A stretch of DNA of 63,942 nt, filler included, from Chiloscyllium plagiosum (GCF_004010195.1; 5 parts of one record of this genome joined end to end with filler, not necessarily neighbours in it); one strand, 5' to 3'; shown: positions 11,711 through 25,959, counted from the whole stretch's first letter. Program-made: numbers and translations. Notes: generated by a model from the letters alone, not told the origin.

Positions 11711-12056
11711 CAATGTCCAAGAAAGCAAAATCATCAAGACAAATTTCATGCAGACTGAAAACAAAAGTAAAATTTATTCTTATCGAGAAAGACCTATGAT
11801 GTACTTTCATGGTTTGCAAAACAATTTAAGGCAAATATAAATAAACTCCATGAGTGGTACAAAGAAATGCAAAGGATTTGAGAGATAAGAGCGGCGCTAA
11901 CGAGAATGGTCGGGCAATATTCATCCTAGTAGAGCAGCCGACCAACTGCACAATCCTTAGAAAAAGGATTCTTGAATGAGCATCAGATAAACCATAACAT
12001 TCAAGTCTATGGATCACATGCTCAAAAGTAGGAAGAGTTGACAGACCGTAGTATTG

Positions 12057-12183
12057 GAGAATGTGAGGACTGCAGATGCTGGAGATCAGAGCGGAAAATG
12101 TGTTGCTGGAAAAGCACAGCAGGTCAGCCAGTATCCAAGGAACAGGAGAATCGACGTTTTGGACATGAGCCCTTCTTCAGGAG
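12057..12183 (-). mobile_element. Penelope pLTR fragment with mutated hammerhead
   Basis: Near-identical to 56420-56545; core CTGAAGA-agggctcatgtcc-AAAA-C-GTC. Confidence 0.85.
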
Positions 12184-12279
12184 TTTCAGACCGTTTTCAC
12201 ATTTTCAGACCGTAGTTTTGGCAGAGTAGAATCGATGGTCCAAAGGCCTTATTATTTAGTGGGTGATTCGATGATTATG

Positions 12280-13014
12280 TGTCTTATGACACGAGGTAAC
12301 CCCCGTCCCAGACCGCTAAATTAAACGAGCAAGACAGAAAAAAAAACCCCATGCGGTAATATGAAAATTTGAGATGCAAAGAACTATCCCAAAAGTCACT
12401 ATTTAAAGTAAAAATTAGCATCTTTGTTTAAAGTCTGTCAGGGAATATTATCTAACAACTGATTAGAACTCATTTATCTAACCCTATCGATTACCTTCCC
12501 CTCTGCAATACTGGTCTGATAAAACACCAGATTAGGATTTGCTGAAAAATACAAATTTCAAAAAAACAGCCAGCTGTTGAATCTTCTCTTTGCATCTTCC
12601 TCTGCAGGTTTGCTTTCTGGGCCGGTGTCGATCTTTTTTACCGTGCAAACTCCTTCTCCAGACAGGTAACTCTCAGAGAGTTCTGATGAGCGGCCAACAT
12701 TTGTTCGTATTTTGGCAATTCACTCTCAACTGATCAAGTTTTTTTTTCTGGTTTCATATCCCAAAACATTGGATCACTTCATGGTTTTAATATTGCCAAA
12801 ATACCAAATTTAAATTTTATTAGAATTTGTTGTCTTGGGGCATAATGGAAACTGACTGGTTGAATTTGCATTTGCTTTTGTCTCACAGCAGCTCAGCCAG
12901 TGCGAGCTGTTCTGACCAAGCGTTACATTGTAATCTTGTTGTGGACTCTGTGCCTCTCGAAGTCCTTGCGAGCTTTCAACTGTCTTAACGGTACAGCACC
13001 CCTTACGTCATTAA
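12280..13014. mobile_element. Probable solo LTR
   Basis: Starts TGTcttatgac and ends gtcattaa (imperfect terminal inverted repeat); about 730 bp non-coding; TSD not clean. Confidence 0.45.
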
Positions 13015-13899
13015 TGATTGCAAAAGAATAAAAATCGTTTCAGGAATGTGGAAAACCACAACATTACTCGTTGAAATTACAGAAACCCAAGATCACACGG
13101 ATGTTGTGTATCATACTTCATATTTAATATAGCACATAATTTATTCAACATGTAATACATATCACACAGTTTACATTACAACATCTTGCAAAGGTGTCCA
13201 GCACACTGGCCAGCATCTTGGAACAGCACACTACGTTTCAGTGATGTTGTGAATAAAATATATCAAGTTGCATTTCAGCTTGATGAATCCCCATTAGAAC
13301 TGGAAAATAATTGAGATGTCCCTTTTTTAAATGGGGAAATGGAGGCACGAAGAAACGAGTGGAACAAAGGCAAGAAAAGGGCACAAGGCTCTGGTAGGAA
13401 GAATGTTGCTGGTGATTATGTGTGGTGAGGGATGAAAACACAACAAAAATATCTGGACAAAGTAATATTCTCTGGAACAGATCAAATTTGCAAGATTCTT
13501 TCCTGGAACTACTAAAGGGTGAAGTGAAATTTGATACGTCCAGTGATCATCTGTGTCACAGGGGAACTTGTCTCATAAGATTCTTCTTATCGAGAAAATG
13601 GCATCATTACATCTGTATCATTAATGCACATCAGAATTGAAGTATGCACACAGTGTGCATTATGAGACTTGACAATGCAAAAATCCAGTTTCAAAAACAC
13701 ATTTTTCATAACCTTTGGTTTTCTACAAATACCATGTAGTCACTTGGCAATAATTCCTCCTTGGTCAACATAGAGCTCCGTTTCATCAAAGTTTTCGTCA
13801 TTTCATTCCCCCCCCCAAAAAAAAAAAATTGTAAGTTCTGAAACAAAACAACAGATTCATGGCCTATTCCATAGGAGAATATAAAGCTTCGAAGTTGGG

Positions 13900-14195
13900 C
13901 TGGCATGATGGGTCAGGGGCTAGCATTGCTACGTCACAGTGCCAGGCAGCTGGGTTCAATTCCCGTCTCGGGAGACTATTTGTGTGGAGTGACAATTTCT
14001 TCCTGTGCCTGCAAGGATTTCCTCCCGAAATCCAAACGATGGGCAGACCAGGTGAATTGTCCATGCTAAATTACCCGTAGTGTGAAGTGCATTAGTCAGG
14101 ATTAAATGAAGGGAAATGGGTCTGGGTGGGTTTCTCTTTGGAGGGTTGGTGTGGGTTGTTGGGCTAAATGGCCTGTTTCCACACTACAGTGAATC
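13900..14195 (+). mobile_element. Diverged HE1 SINE
   Basis: gggttcaattcccg B box, tgtgtggagt V-domain, ggcctgtttccacact 3' end. Confidence 0.85.
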
Positions 14196-14199
14196 TGAT

Positions 14200-14880
14200 G
14201 TACAAAAACACATGGAGGCCCTTCAGCCCACTCTATGCATGCTGTCCATGTCTTCGTAATAAACATACACCATTTGTCTGCATATGGTCCAGTTGTCAAT
14301 TCGTTGGCTTTTCATGCATCTATCTGAATAATTCGTTGGTGTCCATATCGTATCCATTTCTAACATTTACCCTGGCAGCATATTCCAGGCCCTATTCACG
14401 TGCTGTGTTAAAAGATTTTTGTTGCAAATCCCCTTAAACTCTCTCTCTACACCCCCCCCCCCCCCCCGCCACTAACGTCAAGCCATGCAGCCTATTATGT
14501 GACATTTCTACCACGGGCTCTGACTGTTGAACCTATTAATTCATCCCACCATTTTGCAATTCTATAAGGTTTGCCCTTGGCCTCTGAACCCTCTTGAGGT
14601 CATTAATCCAAGTACATCCCTCTTCTACTGATACCTAATCGATTCCGATCCATGAAATATCCAGGTAAACCTCTTTTGCACCCTTTACAAAGACTTCATA
14701 TTCTTTCCTATATTTGCAAACATAACTGCACGCAATACTCCAATGTGGCTGAAATCTTACATGCTTACAATATGACTGGCCAACTATCGCAGTGAAGGAT
14801 CATACCGATGTCAAGAAACATCGCATTTTCCTTCTTTACCACCTTACGCATTTGTGTTGTCACTTTCGGGTACAAATGGT
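14200..14880 (-). mobile_element. Old CR1 3' fragment
   Basis: Degenerate CR1 3' hallmarks (gcagcatattccagg, ccaggtaaacctcttttgcaccc, gcaatactcca). Confidence 0.7.
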
Positions 14881-16600
14881 ATTTATCCCATCCAATACTT
14901 CATCCAAAATGAAAAAGTTTGGAAAGCGTCAAATTGAATTCAATAAAATCTACAATTATGTTTAGATTTAATTAAAATTAAACTAGTTTGATGGATATCA
15001 TGTAACTATTTAATCAGCTGAAAATAACATCTAGTTTACGAACATGCTTCTTCGAAGGAAATTTGCCTGTCTTACCGGGCGTAGACTACATGTTATTAAA
15101 GAGATATAAACAATCCGGTTGATTCTGAAATGGTCTTTGAAGCAGATTCGGAAGCCAGTCATGTGTGCAGATAATTGTGAAGTAAAATAGGTTTTGAATT
15201 ACTCATTGAGAATTAAATTATTCATTTCTCTTGTGTGGTAATGTATACATATCACCTACGCATAGAAACATTAAAATCAACGTATTTCTCGGTCACAGTT
15301 AACTGTCAGAATCAACATAGTGGGATGATTAACCATCGTAGCCCCAACTTATTTTCAATAGTATTTAGAGCATTATTGGCTTCGTCGGAATTAATTATTT
15401 TCTGACACTTTTGTCGTTTGAAATTCATTTGAAAATTATCACTTCTAATCTGGAAGTTGTGCAGCTCATTAAGCACGCGGACATGGTTGATTAGGGTTCT
15501 GAGATGTCACTAATATCGTACAACCTTTGAATGTTATTGGTCGAGATGGACAAATGTGGTAATTCCACATTTATTGAGATGTAATGCATCACTTGTTATG
15601 GTTGGACTGAGCACATTGGGCTGAGGAACACCTGAATTGGCAAGGTGTGATAATTGTAATCCCTATCAAGCATAACAATCTTGTATGATTCCTGCTTTGA
15701 CAGTCCTGAGACTTCCCGCTGGCTGCAATTGATTTCAGATGCATTTGGATTCTTCGATGTTGTGATTATTCAATAACTTACTCCAGGTCATGGGTAGTTA
15801 GCCACAGTATGTGCATTTCCTGATCTCGGTCATCCATATGAGCCAAATGGAACAGAATTTGTTCCTTTCAGCAAGTTCTGCAGAAATTGAGCATAATTGA
15901 GAGGATGGTATGTTACATCAGATTTGCTGACACCTCCTATCAATGTTACTAATGGGAAACAATTGGACAAACTGATCTTGTCACGGTCTTTGTCAAGTAA
16001 TTGTCATCTTTCCCCAACAATGGACTGGTGCAGACTTGGGCAGTATGCAAGTCACCCCGAACAATGCTTTAGACAATGGGATTGATTCAAGTTTCTGCTG
16101 TCAGGTCTAAAGCAATTGGAAGATTGATCTCTGCATTAGATGACATGTCTGCACTATTTATAACGTCTGGATTTGTACAGGCTGTTCGGAGGACTGGGTT
16201 TGTTGACGGCCATATGTCTGTTGAACATTATCCCATTGTTGCAATTTATACATCACAGATTCATGTCAGGTGGATGTGAAGATGGTTCAATTTCAGTTTC
16301 TTTGCTGAATAGTTTGTATCATTGAAGAACCTCTATTGTTTGGTGAATCATTACAGATTGGGGGATACTCTGGAGTTGAACCTCAACCACTGGTTGGAGA
16401 ATGTCTGTTTTTTGGATGATACTACTCAATATATATTAGATTGAGGGACTGGGCATTCAACTTACAATCTGATGTGTTGGGGTCATTTGTGTTAATTGTA
16501 CTTATTTCAAAAGTCGAATAGGCTGTATTGTTTGCAACATGTGCTTCTTGGAACTGAAGTTCATTTGAAATGTTTTATTGCCTCGAACCTCCGTCGAATC

Positions 16601-16915
16601 CCGACACTGTGGAAACGGGTCATTTGGCCCAACACATCCATAACGACCGTCTGGAGGGTATTCCACTCAAACCCATTTCCCGACCCCATTTATCTACATT
16701 TCCCCTGAAGCACCTCACCTACACATTGTGAACATTATGGGAAATTAATCTGATCTGCACATCTTTGTGTTGTGGTAGGAGATTGGAGCACATAGAGGAA
16801 ATCTATATATAAACACAGGGAGAATGTGCAAACTCCACACAGACAGTCTCCCGAGGCTGGAATCGAATCTGGTCCCTTGAGCTGTGAGGCAGCAGCGCTC
16901 ACCAATGATGGTCCA
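16601..16915 (-). mobile_element. Diverged HE1 SINE
   Basis: gagaatgtgcaaactccacacagacagt and gctgtgaggcagcagcgct are reverse complements of the HE1 core. Confidence 0.88.
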
Positions 16916-17299
16916 TGCTGCATGAGGTAGAGATACTGAATGAATTGATGTCATTGAAGTAGATTCAGATTTTCAATTGAGTGTCTGTTTCAGTGTGTGA
17001 ATTTGGAGAGTGTTTGGTTTGTGTGCTTGCAATTGTCTTGCACAGTTGTGAAAATTGCTGCCTCAGAGGACAGATTGCTGGAATGAACAGAACTTGACAG
17101 GCCTGGAGACAGTGTTTAAATATAGATTTGTGAAATTGCGAAATAACTCCACCCGTCCACACAAATTGTGAAGGCAGGCTGATTGTAAATATATTCATAT
17201 CAAAGAGGAGGCTTAATGTACTTTATAAATCTGGGATATGAAGCAGGCATCAGTAATATTGATGACAATGGTATTATGGAATAATCATCGATTTACAAA

Positions 17300-17580
17300 A
17301 CTGTAGATGCTGTGAATCAGAAACAAGAAGCCCAGATATTGCTGGAAAGGCTCAGCAGATCTGGCAGCATTTGTGGAGAGAAATCAGGTTTAACATTTCG
17401 TGTCGACTGACGCTTCCTCAGAACTGTTGACTCCCAGGTCAGCTCAGATGCAGAAGATAGTCTGAGGGAGGGGGTAAGGAGTAAGGGAATATAATCCGAA
17501 GAAAGAGAAGGAATGTTCAACAAATTGATATGGCCCAGGAAAGTGACTTGCAAATTTACAAACCTGCCTCGCCAGGTCAA
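17300..17580 (-). mobile_element. Penelope 3' terminal fragment with hammerhead core
   Basis: Minus strand 17391-17421: CTGAGGA-agcgtcagtcgacac-GAAA-tgtta, next to cagatgctgccagatctgctgag. Confidence 0.75.
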
Positions 17581-17879
17581 TCAAGCAATTCTGATAGATG
17601 TTGAAAATGTTCTTTACTTGTGTGATTAATGATCATCAGGTCGTCCATATACACCAGACAACCGAGTAATCCAGAAACAACTTCCTTGGCAAGTCTTTAA
17701 TTGTGGCTGAATCAATTTTCATGCAAGATGGTATGTCTTTAGATTTGTATAGTCCGTCATATGCCACAAATGCCAAATTGTCTTTTCTCTTTAAGATGAA
17801 GGGACCTGACAGTACCCACTGAGTATGTCCAGATTGTGTTGCCGATAGAATGAAGAGAGGAAGTATTGCGAATTAAATG

Positions 17880-19760
17880 TCGTTAGTCATCTAGGATAAA
17901 GGAAGATTCAGGCCAAGAAATAGAAGCATTTTATTGTTTTGGATTGTGCAAAGACGCCGTTGAATTTTTCTGTACCTTCATTATGTACCAAGAAAGCCAT
18001 AGGTAGAAATAAAATCATAGCCTTTGATGTCAATTCCCACATTTCAATAACCTTTAGAAAGGTTATAATATATTGTCTAAGTCCACGAACTAAAAACAAA
18101 TGTGGGAACCAATTTTTTTCTAATTGTAATGGCTTCCAGAGACAATTCCACGATGGAATGTCAGGGCATAAAGGTTGCGGCGGAGCTGCTTGCTTTACAT
18201 AGGAAGATTCAGTCAGACTAAAGATTCACTTTTACTGCCGAATTATTCAAGGAGGTTATGGACAGTTCAGGCATCAGTCACTTTACGTCAAGTGTGCACC
18301 ATCCTGAATCTCAGGGAGTATTATAAAGAAGGCAGCAGGCGCCAAAGCTCACTTGAGCACTTATTGCCAGGATTACCCAAATGATCCTATTTATATTATT
18401 TACTATTAGGGATGCTTCACATGAAGGGACTCCGTTTACACCACTCGAATTGGCATTCAGACATAAGCAAGAGGGCATTTAAAATTAATTATGGAAAAGT
18501 TGGCAGGTCCGAAGTCAGATAGCTTGAGGTTGGATTAAATTTCTGAGGTGAGAGAAAGATTCAAAAGAGTAGATGAATTAGCGAGACAACATTGGACGAT
18601 GGCACAGCACCGAATGAAGCACGAAGCAGATAACAAATCTGAAATCCGTATGTTTGACGATGAAGATAAATAATTTGTGCTGTTAGCAGTGGTAGGAGAT
18701 TCTTTCAGAGCAAGATTTAATTATCCCTATCAGATTGAGAAGAATTTAGCTCAGATGAATTATCTAGTAAAGATACCAAATAGGAAAAAAGACTGTAAAG
18801 GATATTGTTTGAGTATGGTGGAATTGTACTATGGTAGGGAAAAGGAATCAACGAAGCAGGTATTATTTCCTGCACTCAATATGAGTATTCAAGTCGTGAT
18901 GATTTGGATTTTGATGTGCCACAGAAAAAGGTTGAAGGATGAAGAAGTCCTTAGGGAATTGGATAGGGTAGAGCTCTATCTGTCCCAGGAGAAGAGAACT
19001 ATATTGAATGATTTTTGTTACCGTGCTATGGGCACCTATGCAGAAATGGAAGAGGGAGGACTATGGCCATAGTCGATGAGGCTGACAAAGGGATAAAACA
19101 ACATCTGTACTGGTTCAATCTTTTGAAATAAACGCAGCTTCAGAAGGAAGTGGAAGTTCATTGAGATGAATTAAAGCAAATGTAGTTTGCCAAACCTGTT
19201 TACTAAATTTGAAGTTACTGAACTATTCTGGAATGACTGTCTGTAGATCAACGCTATGACTAAATCTGAAGATTTGTGTGGATAAATCTGGACATGACAT
19301 CACAAAGTTAGACTTCTTTTGTGATTAGGGTCAAAGTCAGAGAGAACAAAAGATGTTTCTGCTTTTGTGATCCCAAACGGGCTATGTTAATTTAAAGTAA
19401 TGCCCTTTGAAATTCAAACTGCAACAGCTACTTTTCAAAGTCTTGTGAACAGACCTGTTGTAGCGTTGACCAATTGTGCTGACTTAGTGATATTTAGCCA
19501 TTCGTGGAAATATCACATGGAAAATTTGGTAGAGTTCTTTGAAAGACGATGGCGCGGACGTTGATCGTAAACTTGCAAAACGAGGAATTTTGAAGGTGGA
19601 AATGGCATTCTTCGGGCACAGCAACGGAAGTGGGTGATAACACTGAGGAACATGAAGGTGAAGGCCATCGAGGAATTCCCAAAACCATCCTCAAAGAAGG
19701 AAGTACTACGAGTTTTACAAATGAGCGGATTCTACAGGAAAATTGTTCCAAACATTACTA
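17880..19760 (+). mobile_element. Gmr1-like Ty3/Gypsy pol remnant (integrase upstream of RT)
   Basis: Integrase: SHLG.RK, IQSD, HHPESQG (18296-18316), IRDA..E..PFTPLEL, RARFNYPYQIEK (GPY-like). RT follows: IKQH, TKLD, SAFVIPNGL..FKVMPF...ATFQ, MSGFYRKIVPN. Confidence 0.88.
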
Positions 19761-20409
19761 AACTTTTAGTTCGTAGTTAGGGGGACAACCTCCACTTCAT
19801 AATAACGTGGATTTCACTCCTGCATACATTCCATCAACTGTGACATAGCTACCGTTGAATACAGCTGCAGCATCACTTTCGCGCTCTTATTAACAAAGGC
19901 AAGTATACCATATGCCTTCTTAATGAGTTCACCCACCTGTTCTGATCACAGACTTCTTATGCAGCACCATTCAAAGCAACGACGTTGACAATCTGGTAGC
20001 ATAAGGGCTGTCTCACGTTGAAACACTACTCTCTACAATTTCCCCACCACGCCAATATCTAAAATTTCCGTTATTCTCTTGAATTGTTTCCTGTGTTCTG
20101 ATTTGGTCTATCTTTGCTTGCAGTTGGGTTGCTGGTTCATCATCATGCTTTGGTTTCCATGGTGAACTGTAAACTTATGCTGGACCAGATAGCCTTATAT
20201 TTATCTGTACAGTAACTGTAGAAGACAAGTTGGATTGATTCATGTGCTAATACATATTTTTACTGGTCCAGATTCTAATTATCAAAATAGAAGGACTATA
20301 CGAAATCCTCAGAGAAAGTTGGCAATACTTGTTTAATTGACTGCGAAGACTTTATTCGTAATGTCGAGTAGTTATTTATTTTGCATTTGAAGAAGATAAA
20401 CTCATTTCA

Positions 20410-20700
20410 GACACACAAGAATGCAAGCCCTTTTTTTCAGAACCACTGTCTCACACACACACGTATGCACATGCACACATGTTTTCACACATACTCTCAC
20501 ACAAACTTTTTCAAACATTCTCCTTGTATCAAATACACTAACTCAAAGTCACACACGCAGTCTCTCTCGTTTTGTCTGACTCTCACACACAAATGTCGTC
20601 ACATGCGTGCACTATCAGACATGCAGAAAGACCCGCTCACTCTCTCCCACATACAGTCACTGACGCACATGAGCAATTCCTGCCTCGCATACATACGCTG
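20410..20700. repeat. Degenerate (CA)/(CT)-rich low-complexity tract
   Basis: Repeated cacacac and ctctc runs. Confidence 0.75.
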
Positions 20701-21089
20701 GTCTTTATCCAGGAGTTCGTGTTTTCATTTTAATACTTATATTTTGATAGTTCATGAAGACGTCGGTGCAGCTACAGGTCTTTAAATAATTCTTTGCGGT
20801 TACAGGCATCTGGTCTGCTCTCTGTGTCGAACGAAATCCAATTGATCAGTGAATTGAGACAATTTGTGCAGTCAATGTGCAATTCAATGACAATTTTCTG
20901 GAATAACGGGACTTTCATTTTCAAAGTTTCTCCCTCTGAGGGGTAACGCTCCAGTACTTTACTGAGCATTGTGGACTATCGTGGCTGTTCGGGCCATGTG
21001 TCCTGTCAGCAGAGTCTTCAAATCTCTACCCTCAATCCTTCACTTCTGGGCTTATTAGTTGAATGGACTTTCGCACAAATTGACAAAAT

Positions 21090-21640
21090 ATTTAATTTGT
21101 ATGTTGATTCCCAGAATAGTGAGGGCCTTGTAGGAAATCATTGCAATTTGAGAAAAAAAAGGTATGTCTACGTCATTTGAAATCCAATGAATGCAAATAT
21201 AACCTGATGCAAAGTAGGTTAACAGGTGAAGCACATAAATTATATCCTTCACTCTCAGAAGAGTTTTTCGGTGCTGAAAACAGTGCAAAATATAATTACT
21301 TGTCAGTGAATGCCTCAAGGCATAGAGGAAAAGGGGAGAACCAGGGCAAACCTATATCAATTCTCGACAGGTTAAGTAAACTAATTATGACAGGTGAATA
21401 TTCGAAGCCAATGCAACACCAGAAGCTCTTCGACCTCTGAGAGAGGTTTACACTCTTGATAAAAGTCAAATCGCACCACCTGGAAAAGTATTCAAAGCTA
21501 ATGCATTTGTAACTGCTTAGCAGGAGAGTAACCCCCTGCTGGTTATGAGTTATTCTCTGAAACTAAATACTTTAGTTTCATTTCCAGCTCATAAATTGGA
21601 AACGAAGCTGGGTACATACAGGGAATGATTGGCAGCTGGA
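21090..21640 (+). mobile_element. Gmr1-like Gypsy gag remnant
   Basis: LMQSRLTGEAHKLYPSLSEE resembles the LLQSKLTGRAHEVY.SLSEE Gag segment of vertebrate Gmr1-like elements. Confidence 0.7.
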
Positions 21641-21659
21641 TTAACTAAATGCGAACAAA

Positions 21660-23220
21660 GGAACATTGTAGTTAGAAGCGGGAGTAGGGAATTCATTCCT
21701 CTGCCATTCCTCTGCTCGCTCAGCCATTTAATATTTTCAAGGCTGATCTTATCCTGACCTCACCTCCACTATCCTACCAAATGCCTATAGCCCTTATGAC
21801 ACATTTAATCAGAAACACATCTATTTCTTTCTTGAATCTGTTGATTGATTCTGTCTCCACTTAACTCTGGGCAGCAAGTTCCATATTCACAAACCCCTGA
21901 AAAAGTAGTTTCTCCACATCTCAGTGTTGAAGGTGCCTCCTCTAAATCTATCTCTATCACCTCATTTTCGAGACTCTATCACAATGGGGAAAATCTGATC
22001 AACATATCCAGCTTATAAATGCCCTTTAGTATTTTAAATACCCCAATCAAATCGGCTCAATTTATTCTGAACTGGATGGAGTACAAGCCCGAGCTATTTA
22101 AACCCTCATCGTTTCACAGCCCTTCCATCCCTGGGAAATAACCGGATGAACCTCCTCTGAACGGCATCCAATACCACCACATCCTTCCTCAAGCGAGGAA
22201 ACTCATTTCTGAGTTGATCATTATTAATGATATCTGAAGGTCCAATATTTGCTTCCACTATTCACTTCCTGTTTATACGCTTATAGAAGCTTTTGGTATC
22301 AGTGCTTCTGTTTTCTGTTAACTTAGCTTCTCTTAGCTCGATTGATTCTGCTCTGAGTGAATCTTTGCTGACGTTTAGAATACTCCCACTGCTCCAGAGC
22401 TTCACTAACCTTCACCAATGAAATGTTTAGTGTTTATGCTCTCATTGACTTCCTGGATGATGTTGAACTATTTTACAATTCATATACTTCAATTGAGATA
22501 TATTTAGCACCTCCCTCAGCATTTGCCACTGTTCTTCAGCTCTTCCAGAGCTTCATTGTTTCCCCAAGCTACTCCGACCAACTCCTGCCTTAGCCCTGCA
22601 TAACTGCTTTTTCCCAACACTAAAACTCTCATATAAGACTCTATCTTCACTCGAGTATGACGAGGTCACTCCCTCCAAGTGGATTGTAAACGACAAGTTC
22701 ATTTACCAATGTTTCTTCGTTTCATAATATCAAATCAAAAAGTGCCAATTCTCTAGTTGGCTCCGTGACATGTTGCTTTAAGAAATAGCACCTTACACTC
22801 TGAACAGGCCTTCGAGGCTCCCCTAATCACGTTAATTAATCCTATCAATACCTATGTTTAAGTCGCTCATAACGGCCATTGCGCCTTTCTCACAAGCCCT
22901 CCTTTTATTTACTGGTTTATGTCATGCCTTACTTCATACGTATTCTTCAGGATTCTGTAAATTATTCCTATCAAGGTGTAGGAGTACCTTGCTTTTTTAT
23001 TTCCATACAGACAGATCAACCATTTTTGTCCATCATGTCAATATCAAATCTCAAAACAACCTTGATCATATCCTTCATCAATGAAGCAACTCCCCCTTGT
23101 TTCTTCTTGTATATCCTTTCAGAATGTTGAATATCCTTGGATATTTAACTGCCAGTCCTGATCATCCTGTCACCATTTTTCAATAATCCCAACGAGGTCG
23201 TATCTAGTTGTATCTATTCG
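21660..23220 (-). mobile_element. Old CR1 fragments (3' end and EN region)
   Basis: gggagtagg..attcattcctc CR1 3' end; ccttggatattt..ctgccagtcc (WQLNIQG) EN motif at about 23135-23158. Confidence 0.65.
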
Positions 23221-23875
23221 TCTCGTCAGCAGAAATGTCTCCTTCTGTGCTGCATAAACAAAGCCCTGGGTAGTTGCCGCTTGGAGTACTGTGAATAGAT
23301 GTGGTCAGCACATCTTGGGAAGTACATATCGAACATGCAGGGAGTACAATATACACGTATCAGTCAAAACTAGCCATTTAACTATTCAAATCCCGTGTGC
23401 TCATCCATTGGCCCACGGTCTTGGCATTGTAAGTGCACATCTGAATACTTCCTCAATGTTCTGTCGTTCAGACATCTTAGAAGGAGTATAGCATAGACTT
23501 ATGACGATGTTTCTTAAACTTCATGGATCAAGCTATTTCAGGAAAGCATATCGAAATTTTATCCTTTCACTGCGAATTTGAAAAGTTATGTTGTGATAGA
23601 TGTGCTGTGAAGTTTCAAGATATAATACGGAAAAGACTGGGAATTTAGAGATAGAACATCTCCACATGTTGGTGATTCTAGAACTAGGGAGCATGGTCTG
23701 AGATTTCGCACCAGATAATTCTGGGGAGACATTAGAAAATGCATTTACAAACAAAAGGTGGTAGGTGTTCGCAACTCAAATCCACAAATGGAAGGGAATA
23801 GAATATAGAACATAGAAAAATACAGTGTAGAACAGGGATTTTGGCCCCCGATGTTGCGTCAACCTGTGAGCAAAT

Positions 23876-24545
23876 NNNNNNNNNNNNNNNNNNNNNNNNN
23901 NNNNNNNNNNNNNNNNNNNNNNNNNNNNNNNNNNNNNNNNNNNNNNNNNNNNNNNNNNNNNNNNNNNNNNNNNNNNNNNNNNNNNNNNNNNNNNNNNNNN
24001 NNNNNNNNNNNNNNNNNNNNNNNNNNNNNNNNNNNNNNNNNNNNNNNNNNNNNNNNNNNNNNNNNNNNNNNNNNNNNNNNNNNNNNNNNNNNNNNNNNNN
24101 NNNNNNNNNNNNNNNNNNNNNNNNNNNNNNNNNNNNNNNNNNNNNNNNNNNNNNNNNNNNNNNNNNNNNNNNNNNNNNNNNNNNNNNNNNNNNNNNNNNN
24201 NNNNNNNNNNNNNNNNNNNNNNNNNNNNNNNNNNNNNNNNNNNNNNNNNNNNNNNNNNNNNNNNNNNNNNNNNNNNNNNNNNNNNNNNNNNNNNNNNNNN
24301 NNNNNNNNNNNNNNNNNNNNNNNNNNNNNNNNNNNNNNNNNNNNNNNNNNNNNNNNNNNNNNNNNNNNNNNNNNNNNNNNNNNNNNNNNNNNNNNNNNNN
24401 NNNNNNNNNNNNNNNNNNNNNNNNNNNNNNNNNNNNNNNNNNNNNNNNNNNNNNNNNNNNNNNNNNNNNNNNNNNNNNNNNNNNNNNNNNNNNNNNNNNN
24501 NNNNNNNNNNNNNNNNNNNNNNNNNNNNNNNNNNNNNNNNNNNNN
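23876..24545. other. Assembly gap (670 N)
   Basis: N run; the left flank is a CR1 tail. Confidence 1.
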
Positions 24546-24704
24546 AAGACGTGAGTCTCCAAGAGGAAGGCTTTGCAGATGTACCAGCACTATGGACTAT
24601 AGAATGTTTGATAAGTTGTTAATATTAAATCTGAGAGAAGGATTCAAATGTTGTTAAAAATTTGAAGGGGTCTCAGCCAAAGACACTTGCCTTTGGCATA
24701 TGGA

Positions 24705-25150
24705 GTTAGAGCAAAATGCTGAAGAAACACTTTAGGTATGTCAACACCTCTAGAGAGACAACAGAGTTAACATTTTGAGTGCAGTGATGCTTCTTCAGAA
24801 CTGGAAGCAGCTTGGAAAATAGGAATTTCTGCTGTTGATGCGTCGTTGGATGCGGGTCTGGTGGGTGGGAAAAGGAGCGATCAGATAAGTAGTGAGGGAG
24901 CCGAGAGGGTGAGAGAGCGAAATCAAACGACAGGTCGGCCAAGGAAATTTTGATGGTAAGCCAGGCAAGAAGAAAAGCTGTACTGGTTACAATAAGCTCT
25001 CTGAGTTGGAAACAATGAGTTGGTACCAATGAATGTAACCCATTTCATGATAGGTTGCGTAGTGTTGTTCTACCAAGGAATGGAGCATTACCACTTTGAT
25101 ATTATTGAACTCGATTTTGAATCCTGAAGTCTTCAGGGTCTCCAAATGGA
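24705..25150 (-). mobile_element. Old Penelope 3' fragment
   Basis: Mutated hammerhead (CTGAAGA at plus 24792-24798) and QDSKSSSII-like C-terminal segment. Confidence 0.65.
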
Positions 25151-25959
25151 CGGTTGTTTGCAGCTGTACCAGCACTATGGACGATTAAGAAACTTAGCTG
25201 TGACAGAAATAGGTTTAATAGAGCGTTTCTCTGATTGTTTCCTGGTTGGTTGACATCTCGTGGGTGTGCACGGTGTAGAAAAAGCCTCTTGAAACAATGA
25301 GGTTGAGAGCAAATACTGAAGTATTCTCATCCCATATTACACCAATTTTATCCCTGTCCATTGCCGCCATTGCTTCAACTGAAAACTCATTTAAGTTGTC
25401 AGACACGACTTGCTCTTAACAAAGCCATCTCTACTATCAGGTATTAAGTTACCATTTTTCCAAGTGGATATTTTTTACCTTGGTATCTCAAGTCACATCT
25501 AAATGCTTCTTAAATGTTTAAAGGGTTTCTGCCTCAATCACCCTCACAATCACTGTCATGGTATTACAGAAGTAAGTAGGTCAGACGAGGTCGTTCGGCC
25601 CAAATCTACTAAACTGTCAAGAAAGACAGACTACAAATGTAGCCCTTGGGCTACACAAAACTTCGTTCTCAAAACAAAATGTGTAAGACGACACTTGCCC
25701 CACTTTCAAGCACTAGACCGATAATTGTGAACTTTGTGACATTTCAAGTCTTCATCTGAAATACTTTTTAAAAGGTTTTGTAATTTGCATTCTCAACTAC
25801 CCTGCCGGACAGGGCATTTCTGACCGCCATATAACCCTATATATTTTGTAACATTTACTGTCATTCAAGTTCACCTGATGCTCGCTGGTGCAATTTATCT
25901 CCACCACTTTCCCAGGTAGTGCATTCCAAATTCTGATAACTCATTGTGTAAAAAAGTTT

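Noticed and set aside
13200..13860. NFDETELY and GQCAGH as a pogo/Tigger transposase
   Set aside because: Too degenerate; no terminal inverted repeats or consistent frame found.
15540..16500. Possible old LINE RT on the minus strand (GVPQPNVLSP)
   Set aside because: Only one convincing motif; boundaries and clade cannot be supported.
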